NCBI GenBank assembly: GCA_050949565.1 | Contig: JBMNFY010000017.1 | Span: 224,001-288,000 of the forward strand | Length of the DNA: 64,000 nt | Reading direction: 5' to 3' | From: Kiritimatiellia bacterium | GTDB taxonomy: Bacteria; Verrucomicrobiota; Kiritimatiellia; RFP12; UBA1067 | Shown: one piece after another, positions 8,483-17,759 of the stretch | Layout: every line of letters begins with the position of its first letter | How positions within the stretch are numbered: the stretch's first letter is position 1 | The notes under the pieces: model-generated | Databases searched by the model: none | Told to the model about the DNA's origin: nothing | What the model saw: the letters and a program-made list of their open reading frames with translations, nothing else | Program-made: the position numbers and the translations under genes

Positions 8483-9304
8483 TCACAGATCCCTATGCAC
8501 TGCGTCCGCACGCTGCGCCACTGCGACACGTCCATACGGCAAGGCGATGCCCTCTTGATCAAACCGCACCTTGATGTCCCGCAACAGCGATGTGCGCGTC
8601 GCGAAAAATTCTTGGTTATCGGCCCAGACCCCCACCAGAAAATCCAGTGACGTCTCATCCAGACCTCGCAAGGCAATCACCGGCTCTGGATCGTTGAAAC
8701 ACGCCGGATTCGCGATAATCACCTCGCGCAGCACCGTCATCACGCGCTCTGGGTTCTCCCTGCACGCCACACGGAGATCCAGATCAATACGCCGGATCGG
8801 ATAACGGGTCAGGTTAATCAGCTTGGATTTGGCGAGCATCTCATTCGGAAAACGGATGACCCGGTTATCGTAGGCACGGATATACGTGGAGAGCATTTCA
8901 ATGCTATGGACATAGCCCCTCGACCCGTCGACCTCGATCAAGTCGCCGATCTTAAACGGGCGCTCCACCACCAGAAAGAGGCCGCTGATCAGATTTGACA
9001 GGCCGGTCTGCGAAGCAAAGCCGATAGCCACACCGGCGAGCCCCGCCGCGCCCAACAGTGCCGTGATGTCCACCCCGGTACTGTGGATCAGCGCAAGCAC
9101 AAACGGCAGGATCACGAGGAATTTGACCCCTTTGGAAAACGCGCGCGCCTTGTCCGCGCCCAGTTTGCGTAAAAGTCCGGCATAGGTCAGGCGTGCCAGC
9201 AGCGAAGAGATCCAATATCCGAGAATCAACCAGGCGCAGGCACCCAGAAAGGGCAGCGCATAATCGCTCAACACCGTACTCAGTTTGGAGTTTTTCACAG
9301 TCAC
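8483..9304 (-). CDS. mscS: Small-conductance mechanosensitive channel
   Basis: GAAGLAGVAIGFASQ..LSNLISG...ERPFKIGDLIEV..G.V...T.IR...IRFPN. Confidence 0.92.
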   Translation of the reverse strand: MTVKNSKLSTVLSDYALPFLGACAWLILGYWISSLLARLTYAGLLRKLGADKARAFSKGVKFLVILPFVLALIHSTGVDITALLGAAGLAGVAIGFASQTGLSNLISGLFLVVERPFKIGDLIEVDGSRGYVHSIEMLSTYIRAYDNRVIRFPNEMLAKSKLINLTRYPIRRIDLDLRVACRENPERVMTVLREVIIANPACFNDPEPVIALRGLDETSLDFLVGVWADNQEFFATRTSLLRDIKVRFDQEGIALPYGRVAVAQRADAVHRDL

Positions 9305-9319
9305 GGCTCCGTCGTCCTG

Positions 9320-10105
9320 TTAATAGGGTTGTTTAAAAATAGTGCCAGCGATCACACGCGCCGTGAGGCGGCCCGAAGGCACCACGCGCGGCCCGGAGAG
9401 GAGCTTCGCCCCTCTGGCCTGCTTGGGTGCCTTGCGTCCGAACGTGACCGACGCCGGAAAGACGCTACCGGTATAACCTAGGTTGCATTCATTGGTCCAC
9501 AGTTTGCCATCGGCGGTCTGGTACACGCTCATGTGGCGCACGCTCAGCAGAAGCTGCGCAAAGACCAAGGCTTCGTCAGTATGGTTTTCGATCAACACCG
9601 GGCAGATGGCGCGTCCTTCTATATCGGTCAACGCCGCCATTTCCTGCCGCGCCCGCGTGGTCAGCGCATAGCCGATCTCGCCCTCCTCCGACGGATGGCC
9701 GAACCAAGTTTTGGAGAGCAGGACTGTCGGATAGTCGCCCAACGCAACACTGGGGGATGCTCCAGTCTGCACGCGCATCCACACGGGAATCGTCACCAAA
9801 AAGAGACCTTGGTGGCGCGGCGCGATCTCGATGCGACCCTCCGGGCGGCTCACCACCGAGCGATCCGGCAACACCGGCACCAAGCGCACGGCGGCGGTAT
9901 TGAGCGGCGTGACAAAACGTTGCCACTCAAGGTCAGGCGGCACCTCGTTACATACCTGCAGCGGCGTAAATCCCTCCTGCGCCTCGTGGCGGAACGCCGT
10001 TTGCCACCCCTGCGATGTCCGCTGTAACCACAACCGCAACTGCGCCATCTCGCAGGCGTAAGTCACGCCCATCTCGCACGTATACTGCTCCCATCCCGCT
10101 TTCAT
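9320..10105 (-). CDS. Conserved hypothetical protein (DUF432-like), usually next to mscS
   Basis: PVLPDRSVVSRP, LSKTWFG, ICPVLIEN motifs; TATACT -10 box 6 nt upstream of ATG. Confidence 0.6.
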   Translation of the reverse strand: MKAGWEQYTCEMGVTYACEMAQLRLWLQRTSQGWQTAFRHEAQEGFTPLQVCNEVPPDLEWQRFVTPLNTAAVRLVPVLPDRSVVSRPEGRIEIAPRHQGLFLVTIPVWMRVQTGASPSVALGDYPTVLLSKTWFGHPSEEGEIGYALTTRARQEMAALTDIEGRAICPVLIENHTDEALVFAQLLLSVRHMSVYQTADGKLWTNECNLGYTGSVFPASVTFGRKAPKQARGAKLLSGPRVVPSGRLTARVIAGTIFKQPY

Positions 10106-10195
10106 GCCGCAAGTATAGCAAGAGAGGACGAAGAGTGAATAGCGAATAACGAACACGGGCGGAGCCCCAAGTTGGTTAGTTAATTAGTGAGCCAC

Positions 10196-10400
10196 TTTTT
10201 GCGACCACCCAGTGGTCGCAAAGATGAGGTTAAAACCTTACACCATGCAGCCGCGCCCCGCCCGTGACCATTCACAGCATTTTGGGCACTTTTCTGGGCT
10301 GTCTCCCCGCACGCCCTTCATTGCATGCTCTTCGTGCGCCCGGCACCCATCCTCCCGACCATTTTTACACTCATCATTGTGACCACCCAGTGGTCACAAT
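10196..10400. repeat. ~210-bp hairpin-ended element (copy 2, inverted relative to 786-994)
   Basis: Colinear reverse-complement match by eye, with palindromes at 10198-10222 and 10376-10400. Confidence 0.85.
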
Positions 10401-10535
10401 AACTTGCGGCCAGCCCTGCCCTCCTAAAAAAACTCTGCGTCTCTGCGCCTCTGCGTTAAAAAACCCGAGCAATGCCCAAAAAAATCTGCGTAATCTTGCA
10501 ATCTGTGGATGTAAAAAACCGCAGCCCTGCCCCCA
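10401..10535. repeat. Composite short-repeat module (ACTTGCGGCCAGCCCTGCCC, CTCTGCG repeats, ATCTGCGTAATC-type repeats)
   Basis: Shares blocks with 17477-17505 and 21292-21405. Confidence 0.7.
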
Positions 10536-11579
10536 TCAGGTGCGCACACATCGATACGCGTCAGCCAGGGAGATTGATTCGGTGGGCGAGATCAGAAAAC
10601 GTTCAAAGCCCGCCTCGTAAAGCAACATCCGACAGGCGTTGACGTCCCGCCCGCGGCGTCCCAGAGTCTCTTTTTCCAAGTCGCGCGGGTTTGCCCCGCT
10701 CTCGGCGCAGATCGCGTTCGCCCCGGCCGTGAGACCGAGCAGATTCGGCTCATGTACCGCGATGGTTTTTGTCTCGGGACAGGTCAGCGTCGCCAGCGTG
10801 ACCACGGCGGTCACCTGCGCAAGCCGAAGTTCTGAAATCTGGCCGCGAGGAGCCAATGGCGTCGACGGCACGTACACGCGCCGCATGGCGGCATGCTGAA
10901 AGCATCCGTACTCGACCCCGATGAAAATCTGGTCCGCCAGCTCCTCCGCGCTATGCTCTGGCCCGATGGGTTCGCAACAATAGTACCAGTCCAGCCCGGC
11001 CTCCTTGATGATGCGGATCGTCGCCTTGCGCTGCTCGGGATCGAGTGCGGTATCGCTCCCCTCTCTGAGCCGACAGACGTGGTAAGCGCCGCTGACGCCC
11101 GCCGCCTTCAAGTCCCGCACTTGCGCCGCGTCTAAATCCCCGATGTTGACGACAAGCTGAGTGTGCCGCGGTATCCGCTCCAACGCCTTTTGTACGATGC
11201 GCGTCAACCGCTCGAAGTCGAACGTGTGCATGGTCATGAGAAAGAGGGCGTAAAGCTCCCCCGTGTTCGTAAAGTCGTCAACGCCGTGCAGAATCTCCTC
11301 GTCGCTCATCACGCTCGGCTCGAACGTCGTATGTCCTTCTCCGAAAGCACAGAACTTGCATTTGCCCGGACAGGCCGCGATATCGACGCCGATCTGCCCG
11401 AAGAGAATTCCGCTGTTGTTGAAGCGTCGCCTGGTGCTCGCGTCCGCAACAGCGCGCAGAAGCGCGGCCTCCAGAGATGTCTCAGGAAACTGCAGCAGAA
11501 AAACACACTCGTCACGATTGGGGGCGACACCCTCCTGCGCCGCCTCAAGAATCCCCAGCACTCTCTTATCAACGTTCAT
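10536..11579 (-). CDS. Radical SAM protein, biotin-synthase-like (BioB/HmdB-related)
   Basis: CPGKCKFC cluster motif, YHVCRLREG, YYCCEPIGPEH, AGANAICAESGANPRD; GGAGG RBS before MNVDKR. Confidence 0.8.
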   Translation of the reverse strand: MNVDKRVLGILEAAQEGVAPNRDECVFLLQFPETSLEAALLRAVADASTRRRFNNSGILFGQIGVDIAACPGKCKFCAFGEGHTTFEPSVMSDEEILHGVDDFTNTGELYALFLMTMHTFDFERLTRIVQKALERIPRHTQLVVNIGDLDAAQVRDLKAAGVSGAYHVCRLREGSDTALDPEQRKATIRIIKEAGLDWYYCCEPIGPEHSAEELADQIFIGVEYGCFQHAAMRRVYVPSTPLAPRGQISELRLAQVTAVVTLATLTCPETKTIAVHEPNLLGLTAGANAICAESGANPRDLEKETLGRRGRDVNACRMLLYEAGFERFLISPTESISLADAYRCVRT

Positions 11580-11677
11580 CTTAGCCCTCCATCCATTGCC
11601 GTTACTATGGTTGCCAGCATAGCAAAAAAGCGCCCCCGCGTCATCGGCAAGTGATCTACCCGTAATTCGGTAACGGG

Positions 11678-11763
11678 AACCCTCGTGGCATGGGCGTTCC
11701 CCGTGGGACACGGGCAAGATGCCCGTGCCACACCTGCAAGCAAAAGAGTTGGCAAGCGCCTTC
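11678..11763. repeat. GTGG-type REP doublet; degenerate copy of the MITE at 55970-56070
   Basis: GTGGCATGGGCGTT...CACGGGCAAGATGCCCGTGCCACACCTGCAAGCAA...TTGGCAAGCGCCTTC. Confidence 0.75.
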
Positions 11764-11840
11764 AACGAAAAAGCAGCACTGTGCCTTTTTAATATTTTGT
11801 GTTTTCGTGGCAAGAACCTGGGTTGTGGGCTCCGCCCGCG

Positions 11841-12599
11841 TTAGAATGAAGCGCGCAAAGCAACCCCTCCGTAGAACATGCTGCGTAGCCCCTCATCGTC
11901 AGCGTATTTGTCGGCATTATCATTGATCGCAAACGAATAGGCGATGTTCCCTGACAGTTCGAGCCCCGTCTTGAGCGGTACCGCCGCCTCCAGCACCAGC
12001 GCAAAGTGGTTCGCGCCGTCGTGGCCGTCGGCCATGTAGCCCGCGTTCCAACCCATCACCGCTGCCGGTGTGAGGGTGAGCCAATCCGCAACCTCGCACT
12101 CCCTGTTGATGTATGTTTCAAAAAATGCGCCTTCGGCATCGAAGGAGTAGTAGCCGTCAACTCCGGCGGCGAACCCGGCTGGCAGTCCCGAATACGAGAG
12201 GCCAGCGCCGATTTCATTGTCGTTCTCTTTGTCGCTCAAAAAACGCAGGAACGTGTACGAGACGTAAGCCTCCCAGTCGTTCCATTCGAGGGTGTAGGCT
12301 GTGCCGACGTTCACCTCGCGGTAGTCCGTATCGGGGCTTGATGCGTACCACACGTTGACCGAAAGCCCCTCATAGGTGGCCTCGATCGTCGTGCCCGCCA
12401 GACTGTCACCGGCAAGGTTGTCGCGGCCTTCGCTGACGTAGCGGCTGTCCCATGCGGCACTGATGTCGAAGTCGAGAACATCTAAAAGACCCGCCTCTTC
12501 CTCGGCAAGCACGCCCGTTGCGGTCGTTGAAGCGACCGCCATGAGAAGTGCCAATGTGATGTTCCGCCTACGTCCATTTGTTTTGCTCACGACCTGCAT
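11841..12599 (-). CDS. Outer-membrane beta-barrel protein (TorF/gcw_chp-like porin)
   Basis: Signal peptide, DSRYVSEGRD motif, alternating beta strands, C-terminal FYGGVALRASF ending in Phe. Confidence 0.7.
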   Translation of the reverse strand: MQVVSKTNGRRRNITLALLMAVASTTATGVLAEEEAGLLDVLDFDISAAWDSRYVSEGRDNLAGDSLAGTTIEATYEGLSVNVWYASSPDTDYREVNVGTAYTLEWNDWEAYVSYTFLRFLSDKENDNEIGAGLSYSGLPAGFAAGVDGYYSFDAEGAFFETYINRECEVADWLTLTPAAVMGWNAGYMADGHDGANHFALVLEAAVPLKTGLELSGNIAYSFAINDNADKYADDEGLRSMFYGGVALRASF

Positions 12600-12784
12600 G
12601 TCATTTTCCTTTCCCGTTGTTTTTCTTTCTTACCTCCGGCAGTCGCCAGACACACAGATGCCTGACAACATCCGGCACATCCTTCGCAATATCCATCCTT
12701 CGACATCATGAACCGCACGAGCGGGCGCACTGTGAAGAACAGCGCCGCACCGACGATGACGACAATGACCACACTCTCCCACAT
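12587..12784 (-). CDS. FeoB-associated Cys-rich membrane protein
   Basis: Single TM helix then CEGCAGC; directly downstream of feoB with GGAGG RBS. Confidence 0.75.
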   Translation of the reverse strand: MWESVVIVVIVGAALFFTVRPLVRFMMSKDGYCEGCAGCCQASVCLATAGGKKEKQRERKMTCRS

Positions 12785-12799
12785 AGCATCCTCCTCGAC

Positions 12800-14866
12800 T
12801 TACGCCCCGATCCCGAGGGCCGATCCCACCTGATACACGACCAGCGTCACCCCGTAGGCCAGCAGCGTCAGACCGACCAACTGAAACAAGGCCCACTTCC
12901 ACGAGTTGCTTTCGCGCTTGGTGACCGCGATCGTCGCCATGCACGGCGCGGAGATCAGCATGAAGAGCATGATGCAGAAGCCCGCCAGCGGCGAGTAGTT
13001 GGCTCTCAGCTTGTCGCGCAGCGGCTCCGACTCCTCGTCGGCCTCGCCCACGGAGTAGACGATGCCCATCTGCGCCACGAAGACTTCTTTCGCCGCGAAC
13101 GCGCCGATCATGGCCGTACCGATACGCCAGTCGAAGCCCATCGGCTTGATGAGCGGCTCCATGGCGTGGCCGATCCGCCCGGCGATGGAGTACGAAAGTT
13201 CGGCGGCCTGCTGATCCTCGGCGGAGAGATTGGGGTCCACATCCTTCGGCTTCGGGAAGCTGGTCATCACCCACAAGAGAACTGAAATGGCCAGAATCAA
13301 CGTACCGGCCTTCTTGAGATAAACACCGCCGCGCTCCCACATGTGGATCAAGACGCTCTTGAGTGTGGGCACGCGGTAAGGCGGCAGCTCCATGACGAAC
13401 GGCACCGACTCCCCCTTGAAGATCGTCGAGCGCAGCAACTTGGCGCAGACGATGGCCAGCACAATGCCGATCATGTAGATGATCCACAGCATGGGCGCAT
13501 GCCAGGCTTCCGGGAAGAAAGCCGGAATGATCAACGCGTAGATCGGCAGCCGCGCGCCGCAGCTCATCAGCGGCAGCACCAGCATCGTGGTCAGCCGGTC
13601 GCGCCGGCTCTCCAGTGTGCGCGTGGCCATGATGCCGGGGATCGAACAGCCGAAGCCCGTCAGCATGGGAATGAAGCTCTTGCCGTGAAGACCGATCTTG
13701 TTCATGAGCCGGTCCATCATGAAGGCCGCCCGCGCCATGTAGCCGGAGTCCTCCAGCACGGCAATCGCCAGAAACAGCAGCAGGATATTCGGCAGGAACA
13801 CGAGCACCCCGCCGACGCCGCCGATGATGCCGTCCACCAGCAGCGACTTGAGCAGGCTCTCCGATCCCTCCGGCCACCAGCCACCAACAAACTCGCCCAG
13901 CCACCCGAAGAATCCTTCGATCCAGTCCATGGGCGGGGTGCCCACGGTAAAGGTGAGCCAAAAGACCAGATACATCAACCCCAGAAAGATCGGCAGTCCC
14001 CAAAAGCGGTGGATAACAATCTCGTCAATGCGATCCGAGCGCGTGCGTCGCGCTTCGACCGTCGAACGTACGGCTTGGCGGCACACGCCGGAGATGAAGC
14101 CGTAGCGGCGGTCGGCGATGATCATCTCCGCCGTGTCGCCCAAAAGTTTCTCGATCCGCGCCTGTTCGGCTCCGACCGTCTCCAGTACCTCCGGTGCAAA
14201 AAACTGCTTGGCCACTTCCGGGTCGTTTTCGAGGAGCTTTACGGCTGTCCAGCGGGCTTCCGCGTCGTTGACGAAGTCGGTGTGGTGCTGCACCTGCTGT
14301 CGGACAGCGGCAATAGCACGCTCAATGTCGGTGCCGTAGTTGATTTCGAGTGCGTCAACGGGCTGACCCGCATCAGCGACGCGGACCGCCGCATCCAGCA
14401 ATTCCCGCATGCCGATGTTCTTGTTACCGACCGTCGGGATAATCGGTGCCCCGAGCAACAAGGCGAGTGTGTCGAGATCGAAGTCCAGTCCCCGCGACTT
14501 GGCCACATCGCTCATGTTGAAGGCAAAGACGACGGGAACGCCGAGTTCCAAAAGCTGGACTCCGAGATACAGGTTGCGCTCAAGGTTCGAGGCGTCTACA
14601 ACATCGATGACCACGTCCGGCTTCTCATCGATGATGGAGTTGCGCGCCACCAGCTCCTCAACGGAGTATGCGGTCAGGCTGTAGGTGCCCGGCAGATCCA
14701 CAACCTTCAGTTCCCGCTCTCCATGGCGGCAGGTGCCCTCCTTCTTCTCGACCGTCACGCCGGGATAGTTTCCGACGTGTTGGCGGGAGCCCGTGATATT
14801 ATTGAACAATGTTGTCTTGCCGGAGTTCGGATTGCCGGCCAGTGCAACCATGATCGGTTTTTTCAT
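12800..14866 (-). CDS. feoB: Ferrous iron transporter B
   Basis: GNPNSGKT, GNYPGVTVEKK, DLPGTYSL, LEDSGYMARAAF, GFGC, MSCGARLP. Confidence 0.97.
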   Translation of the reverse strand: MKKPIMVALAGNPNSGKTTLFNNITGSRQHVGNYPGVTVEKKEGTCRHGERELKVVDLPGTYSLTAYSVEELVARNSIIDEKPDVVIDVVDASNLERNLYLGVQLLELGVPVVFAFNMSDVAKSRGLDFDLDTLALLLGAPIIPTVGNKNIGMRELLDAAVRVADAGQPVDALEINYGTDIERAIAAVRQQVQHHTDFVNDAEARWTAVKLLENDPEVAKQFFAPEVLETVGAEQARIEKLLGDTAEMIIADRRYGFISGVCRQAVRSTVEARRTRSDRIDEIVIHRFWGLPIFLGLMYLVFWLTFTVGTPPMDWIEGFFGWLGEFVGGWWPEGSESLLKSLLVDGIIGGVGGVLVFLPNILLLFLAIAVLEDSGYMARAAFMMDRLMNKIGLHGKSFIPMLTGFGCSIPGIMATRTLESRRDRLTTMLVLPLMSCGARLPIYALIIPAFFPEAWHAPMLWIIYMIGIVLAIVCAKLLRSTIFKGESVPFVMELPPYRVPTLKSVLIHMWERGGVYLKKAGTLILAISVLLWVMTSFPKPKDVDPNLSAEDQQAAELSYSIAGRIGHAMEPLIKPMGFDWRIGTAMIGAFAAKEVFVAQMGIVYSVGEADEESEPLRDKLRANYSPLAGFCIMLFMLISAPCMATIAVTKRESNSWKWALFQLVGLTLLAYGVTLVVYQVGSALGIGA

Positions 14867-14972
14867 TCAGTTCCTTTCCCGCGTCGTGCGCCCCAAAGTG
14901 CGGCGACGCAATGAATGTTCGTCTTGCCAAACTTTTATTGCAAAAAAAGAGAAGGTGCCGGTTTTCCGAGGA

Positions 14973-15242
14973 TTACGACCGGGTTTCCCCATCATCCTCT
15001 ACCGACACCTTCTCCGCCATCCCGCGCCCCAACATCAGCCGACTGCCGTTGATCCCGAGAATCACCGGGCCGTCATGATCGTTATGGTACACCTGCACCT
15101 GCGCCCCGGGCAACAGCCCCATCGCAGTCAACCGCGCGGCCAGACCTTCACCAGCCTGCACGCGGCGCAGCCGCACCGAGCGTCCTTCCGGAACCAGACT
15201 CAAAGGCATCCACATTGCCGGGTTCATGGTTGCGCACCTCAC
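14973..15242 (-). CDS. feoA: Ferrous iron transport protein A
   Basis: RLTAMGLLPG...GPVIL...SRLMLGRGMAEKV. Confidence 0.9.
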   Translation of the reverse strand: MRCATMNPAMWMPLSLVPEGRSVRLRRVQAGEGLAARLTAMGLLPGAQVQVYHNDHDGPVILGINGSRLMLGRGMAEKVSVEDDGETRS

Positions 15243-15997
15243 GCTTTGACCCTTTTCACGCTGATGTCCGCCGCTTCCTCTTTGCGGAGCGACAGGTGGT
15301 AACCCTTGATCTTCACGTCGATTGGATCTCCAAGAGGAGCCACGCGCACCACCTCGACCAGGCTCCCCGTAGTCACCCCCATGTCGCGGATACGCCGCTT
15401 CACGGCGCCCTCGCCGGCGACCTTCTCAATCTGCGCCTTCTCGCCGGGCTTTAGCTCACTGAGTGGAATACTCATCTCGCCGTCTGTTCCTTTCTTTGGT
15501 TTTTTTCTGACATCTTCGAGACACAGTTCAATGCACCGCTCGCAGTTCTGCGGCTCGACCGCCGCCTCTTCGCAGCGGTACCCGAAACCGCGTACCCACT
15601 TCGCGCCCGCTCTGGGACAGGTCTTGACGAAATCCGCAAACTCGGTAAAGCGCTCCACAATGTGCGACGACACGCCGTGCTCCATGTGGCAGGCAGCCTT
15701 ATCAGCCTCGGCCTCGTCGATAGAGAGCACATGCACCATGAAATCGCGCAACGCCTCATGCCGCCGCACGACGCGGCTGGCGACCTTCTCCCCCTCATCA
15801 GTCAGCGTGACAAAACCGTAGCGCTCATAATTCACCAGCCCGCGGTCGCGCAAGGCTTGCAACATCCCGGTGACAGACGACCGGTTCACCTTGAGGCGTT
15901 CCGCGATATCCTTCGACCGGGCGACCGTATTCTCGCGGACGAGGTGAAAGATCGCCTCCAAATAATCCTCGATGCTGACACTCAGCGCTTCTGTCAT
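15239..15997 (-). CDS. DtxR/MntR-family metal-dependent repressor with C-terminal FeoA domain
   Basis: EDYLEAI, wHTH, RRHEALRDF, AC.MEH; C-terminal RRIRDMGV...APLGDPI FeoA domain. Confidence 0.92.
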   Translation of the reverse strand: MTEALSVSIEDYLEAIFHLVRENTVARSKDIAERLKVNRSSVTGMLQALRDRGLVNYERYGFVTLTDEGEKVASRVVRRHEALRDFMVHVLSIDEAEADKAACHMEHGVSSHIVERFTEFADFVKTCPRAGAKWVRGFGYRCEEAAVEPQNCERCIELCLEDVRKKPKKGTDGEMSIPLSELKPGEKAQIEKVAGEGAVKRRIRDMGVTTGSLVEVVRVAPLGDPIDVKIKGYHLSLRKEEAADISVKRVKA

Positions 15998-16032
15998 GAC
16001 TATGGCCTCTCCAAATCCTTTTCCTCTCAAAG

Positions 16033-16073
16033 TTCGGAGTGCCGAATATACTACGCCAAACCGTACATATCAA
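16033..16073 (-). promoter_or_regulatory. feo operon promoter with DtxR-like operator
   Basis: Minus strand TTGATA-17 bp-TATATT, overlapped by palindrome TTCGG-N4-CCGAA at 16033-16046. Confidence 0.7.
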
Positions 16074-16120
16074 CGGGGAAGATTCGTTTTTTCGTCATTT
16101 TTTTTCGTAATTCCGTTTTC

Positions 16121-16294
16121 CACTTAGTCCCCCACACTTAGTCGCCACACCTAGTCGAGTACACTTAGTCCCCTACACTTAGTCGATTGCGCCGGAGACG
16201 AAGTGTGTGGATTAAGTGTGAGTGACGAAGTGTAAACGACGAAGTGTTGGGATCAAGTGTAGGGACTAAGTGCGGCTCGCGGGGACGCTCGCCC
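16121..16294. repeat. ~13-bp tandem array (CACTTAGTCCCCA-like) with inverted counterpart array and REP-like hairpin
   Basis: About 5 units ACACTTAGTC.. at 16121-16186, mirrored GAC/GAT-(T/G/C)AAGTGT units at 16197-16272, then GGCTCGCGGGGACGCTCGCCC. Confidence 0.8.
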
Positions 16295-16655
16295 CCCGCC
16301 GGCCTAAAGGGCCGGATGCCCAAGCCACAGGGGCACGGACATTCCTGTCCGTGCCACGGGTTGGAAAACCCGTGCTCCTTTCGCCGCGCGTAGAGCGGCC
16401 GGTCAAGCGGAAATCCACTGGACGATCTGACGCAGGGTGGTGTATGCTGTTTTTGCTGGCCTCGTGGTTGTGCGGTCACGCGCCTTGGTCGATCTTTTTT
16501 TCATAATGCCTGTAGGTTACAGGCAGACGGCCACGAGGCCAACGTTTTTTAAGTTGTCAGCGAACCCTATGGGATGCTAGTGAACAAGGATAGCATTTCG
16601 CGATTTTTAGGCAGAAATTTTACACGCTTGAATAGTAGTCAAGGAGTGCGTTATT

Positions 16656-17258
16656 ATGGAAAAAAAATGTTTCTTACTGTTTTTCTTTCTTTTATGCAGG
16701 ACATTGGACGCGCAAGCTCAAACCAACACATGTTTTGTGGATATTTTTGAACAAACGTATTGGACGCCGTCCGTTCCTGACAACGTTAGGACAAATTTTA
16801 TCACATGGCTTTCTGATATCCCTAAGAGCGAAGCCGAGGCATTCCACAGAATTAAAGGGAAGTATGAATCACTCATTAAGCGGTGGAGCGCACTCTATCT
16901 TGTAGAATTGGGACTAACCGCACCGAGAACGCTTTACATCGGGTCATTTACTGAAAAATCGGCAAACGTCCTGATTTACGATCAAACGGGGCAATCATTC
17001 TGGACGGTTGGAAACGTCTCATCGTTTGAGAAGCCCCATGAAATCCAGCCTGCACTCGTAACCAGAATCGAGTCATTTGATTTTCTTCTTGGACAAACAG
17101 AAGGGCTAAATGCACGGGCATACCAGCTTTTTTTAATCAAATGGCGGATCGCCAACTGTGTCATGGATGGGATACGTATTGATGTTTCAGAAGAGGATAT
17201 CATGGGCGCGAGAGCATGTTTGAACTCATGCCGGGGTGCGCAAGAAAAGGGATCGTAA
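16656..17258 (+). CDS. Hypothetical secreted protein (low GC)
   Basis: AGGAG RBS, signal peptide MEKKCFLLFFFLLCRTLDAQA, AT-rich composition. Confidence 0.7.
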   Translation: MEKKCFLLFFFLLCRTLDAQAQTNTCFVDIFEQTYWTPSVPDNVRTNFITWLSDIPKSEAEAFHRIKGKYESLIKRWSALYLVELGLTAPRTLYIGSFTEKSANVLIYDQTGQSFWTVGNVSSFEKPHEIQPALVTRIESFDFLLGQTEGLNARAYQLFLIKWRIANCVMDGIRIDVSEEDIMGARACLNSCRGAQEKGS

Positions 17259-17277
17259 TTTGACATTGGACACAGTG

Positions 17278-17305
17278 GCAACTAAGAGACAGGTGTTTTG
17301 ACGAC
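17278..17305 (-). repeat. 28-bp site, copy E
   Basis: Reverse complement is GTCGTCAAAACACCTGTCTCTTAGTTGC. Confidence 0.8.
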
Positions 17306-17397
17306 TGTGTGTAAACGACGAAGTGTTGGGATCAAGTGTCGAGAGGAGTGCGGCTCGCGGGGACACTCGCCCTTCAGCCTTCGCGTGAAACAACCGG

Positions 17398-17525
17398 GCA
17401 GCGCTTTTACTCTCAAGATTGCGAGCCACTGCGTGGTCGCAATAAGAGAGGTTGACTCGCGACCCGCGACTTGCGACTTGCGGCCAGCCCTGCCCCCAAA
17501 AAACCTCGTGGCATGGGCGTCCCGC
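17398..17525 (+). repeat. ~125-bp composite repeat, direct copy at 21221-21343
   Basis: GCAGCGCTTTTACTCTCAAG.TTGCGAGCCACTGCGTGGTCGCAATAAGAGAGGTTGA...GACTTGCGGCCAGCCC...GTGGCATGGGCGTCCCGC. Confidence 0.9.
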
Positions 17526-17759
17526 ATCGTCAACAACTGCCGGGAACCGGCCCGCGAAACTGACTATCTGAATGAGGCCAAAGGAGCCGCTCACGTCGAT
17601 CACGCCGCCCAGCGGATCTCGGTTATGTCGGGTTCGCGAAGATCCACCGCATAGCCGACGCGGCGCAGCGAGTCGGCGACGACCCACAGCGTGGGGAGAT
17701 CGGCATTAACGCCCAGATCGATGCGGAACCATGCAACACTCAACTTTCAGTTGCGTTCT

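Noticed and set aside
9320-9349. C-terminus AGTIFKQPY of the DUF432-like protein as a fifth sorting motif
   Set aside because: Gly is at -8, the terminal residues do not fit and there is no signal peptide.
10536-11813. Long N-terminal extensions in the ORF track (radical SAM from 11813, prs from 44394, SGNH from 56203)
   Set aside because: They run through REP repeats or the tRNA; better starts lie downstream.
16121-16272. Short repeat array as CRISPR or iterons
   Set aside because: Units are ~13 bp with no unique spacers and no rep gene nearby.
17598-17745. Short minus-strand frame (..WFRIDLGVNADLPTLWVVADSLRRVGYAVDLREPDITEIRWAA)
   Set aside because: Under 50 aa with no clear RBS or family; possibly a gene remnant but not supportable.
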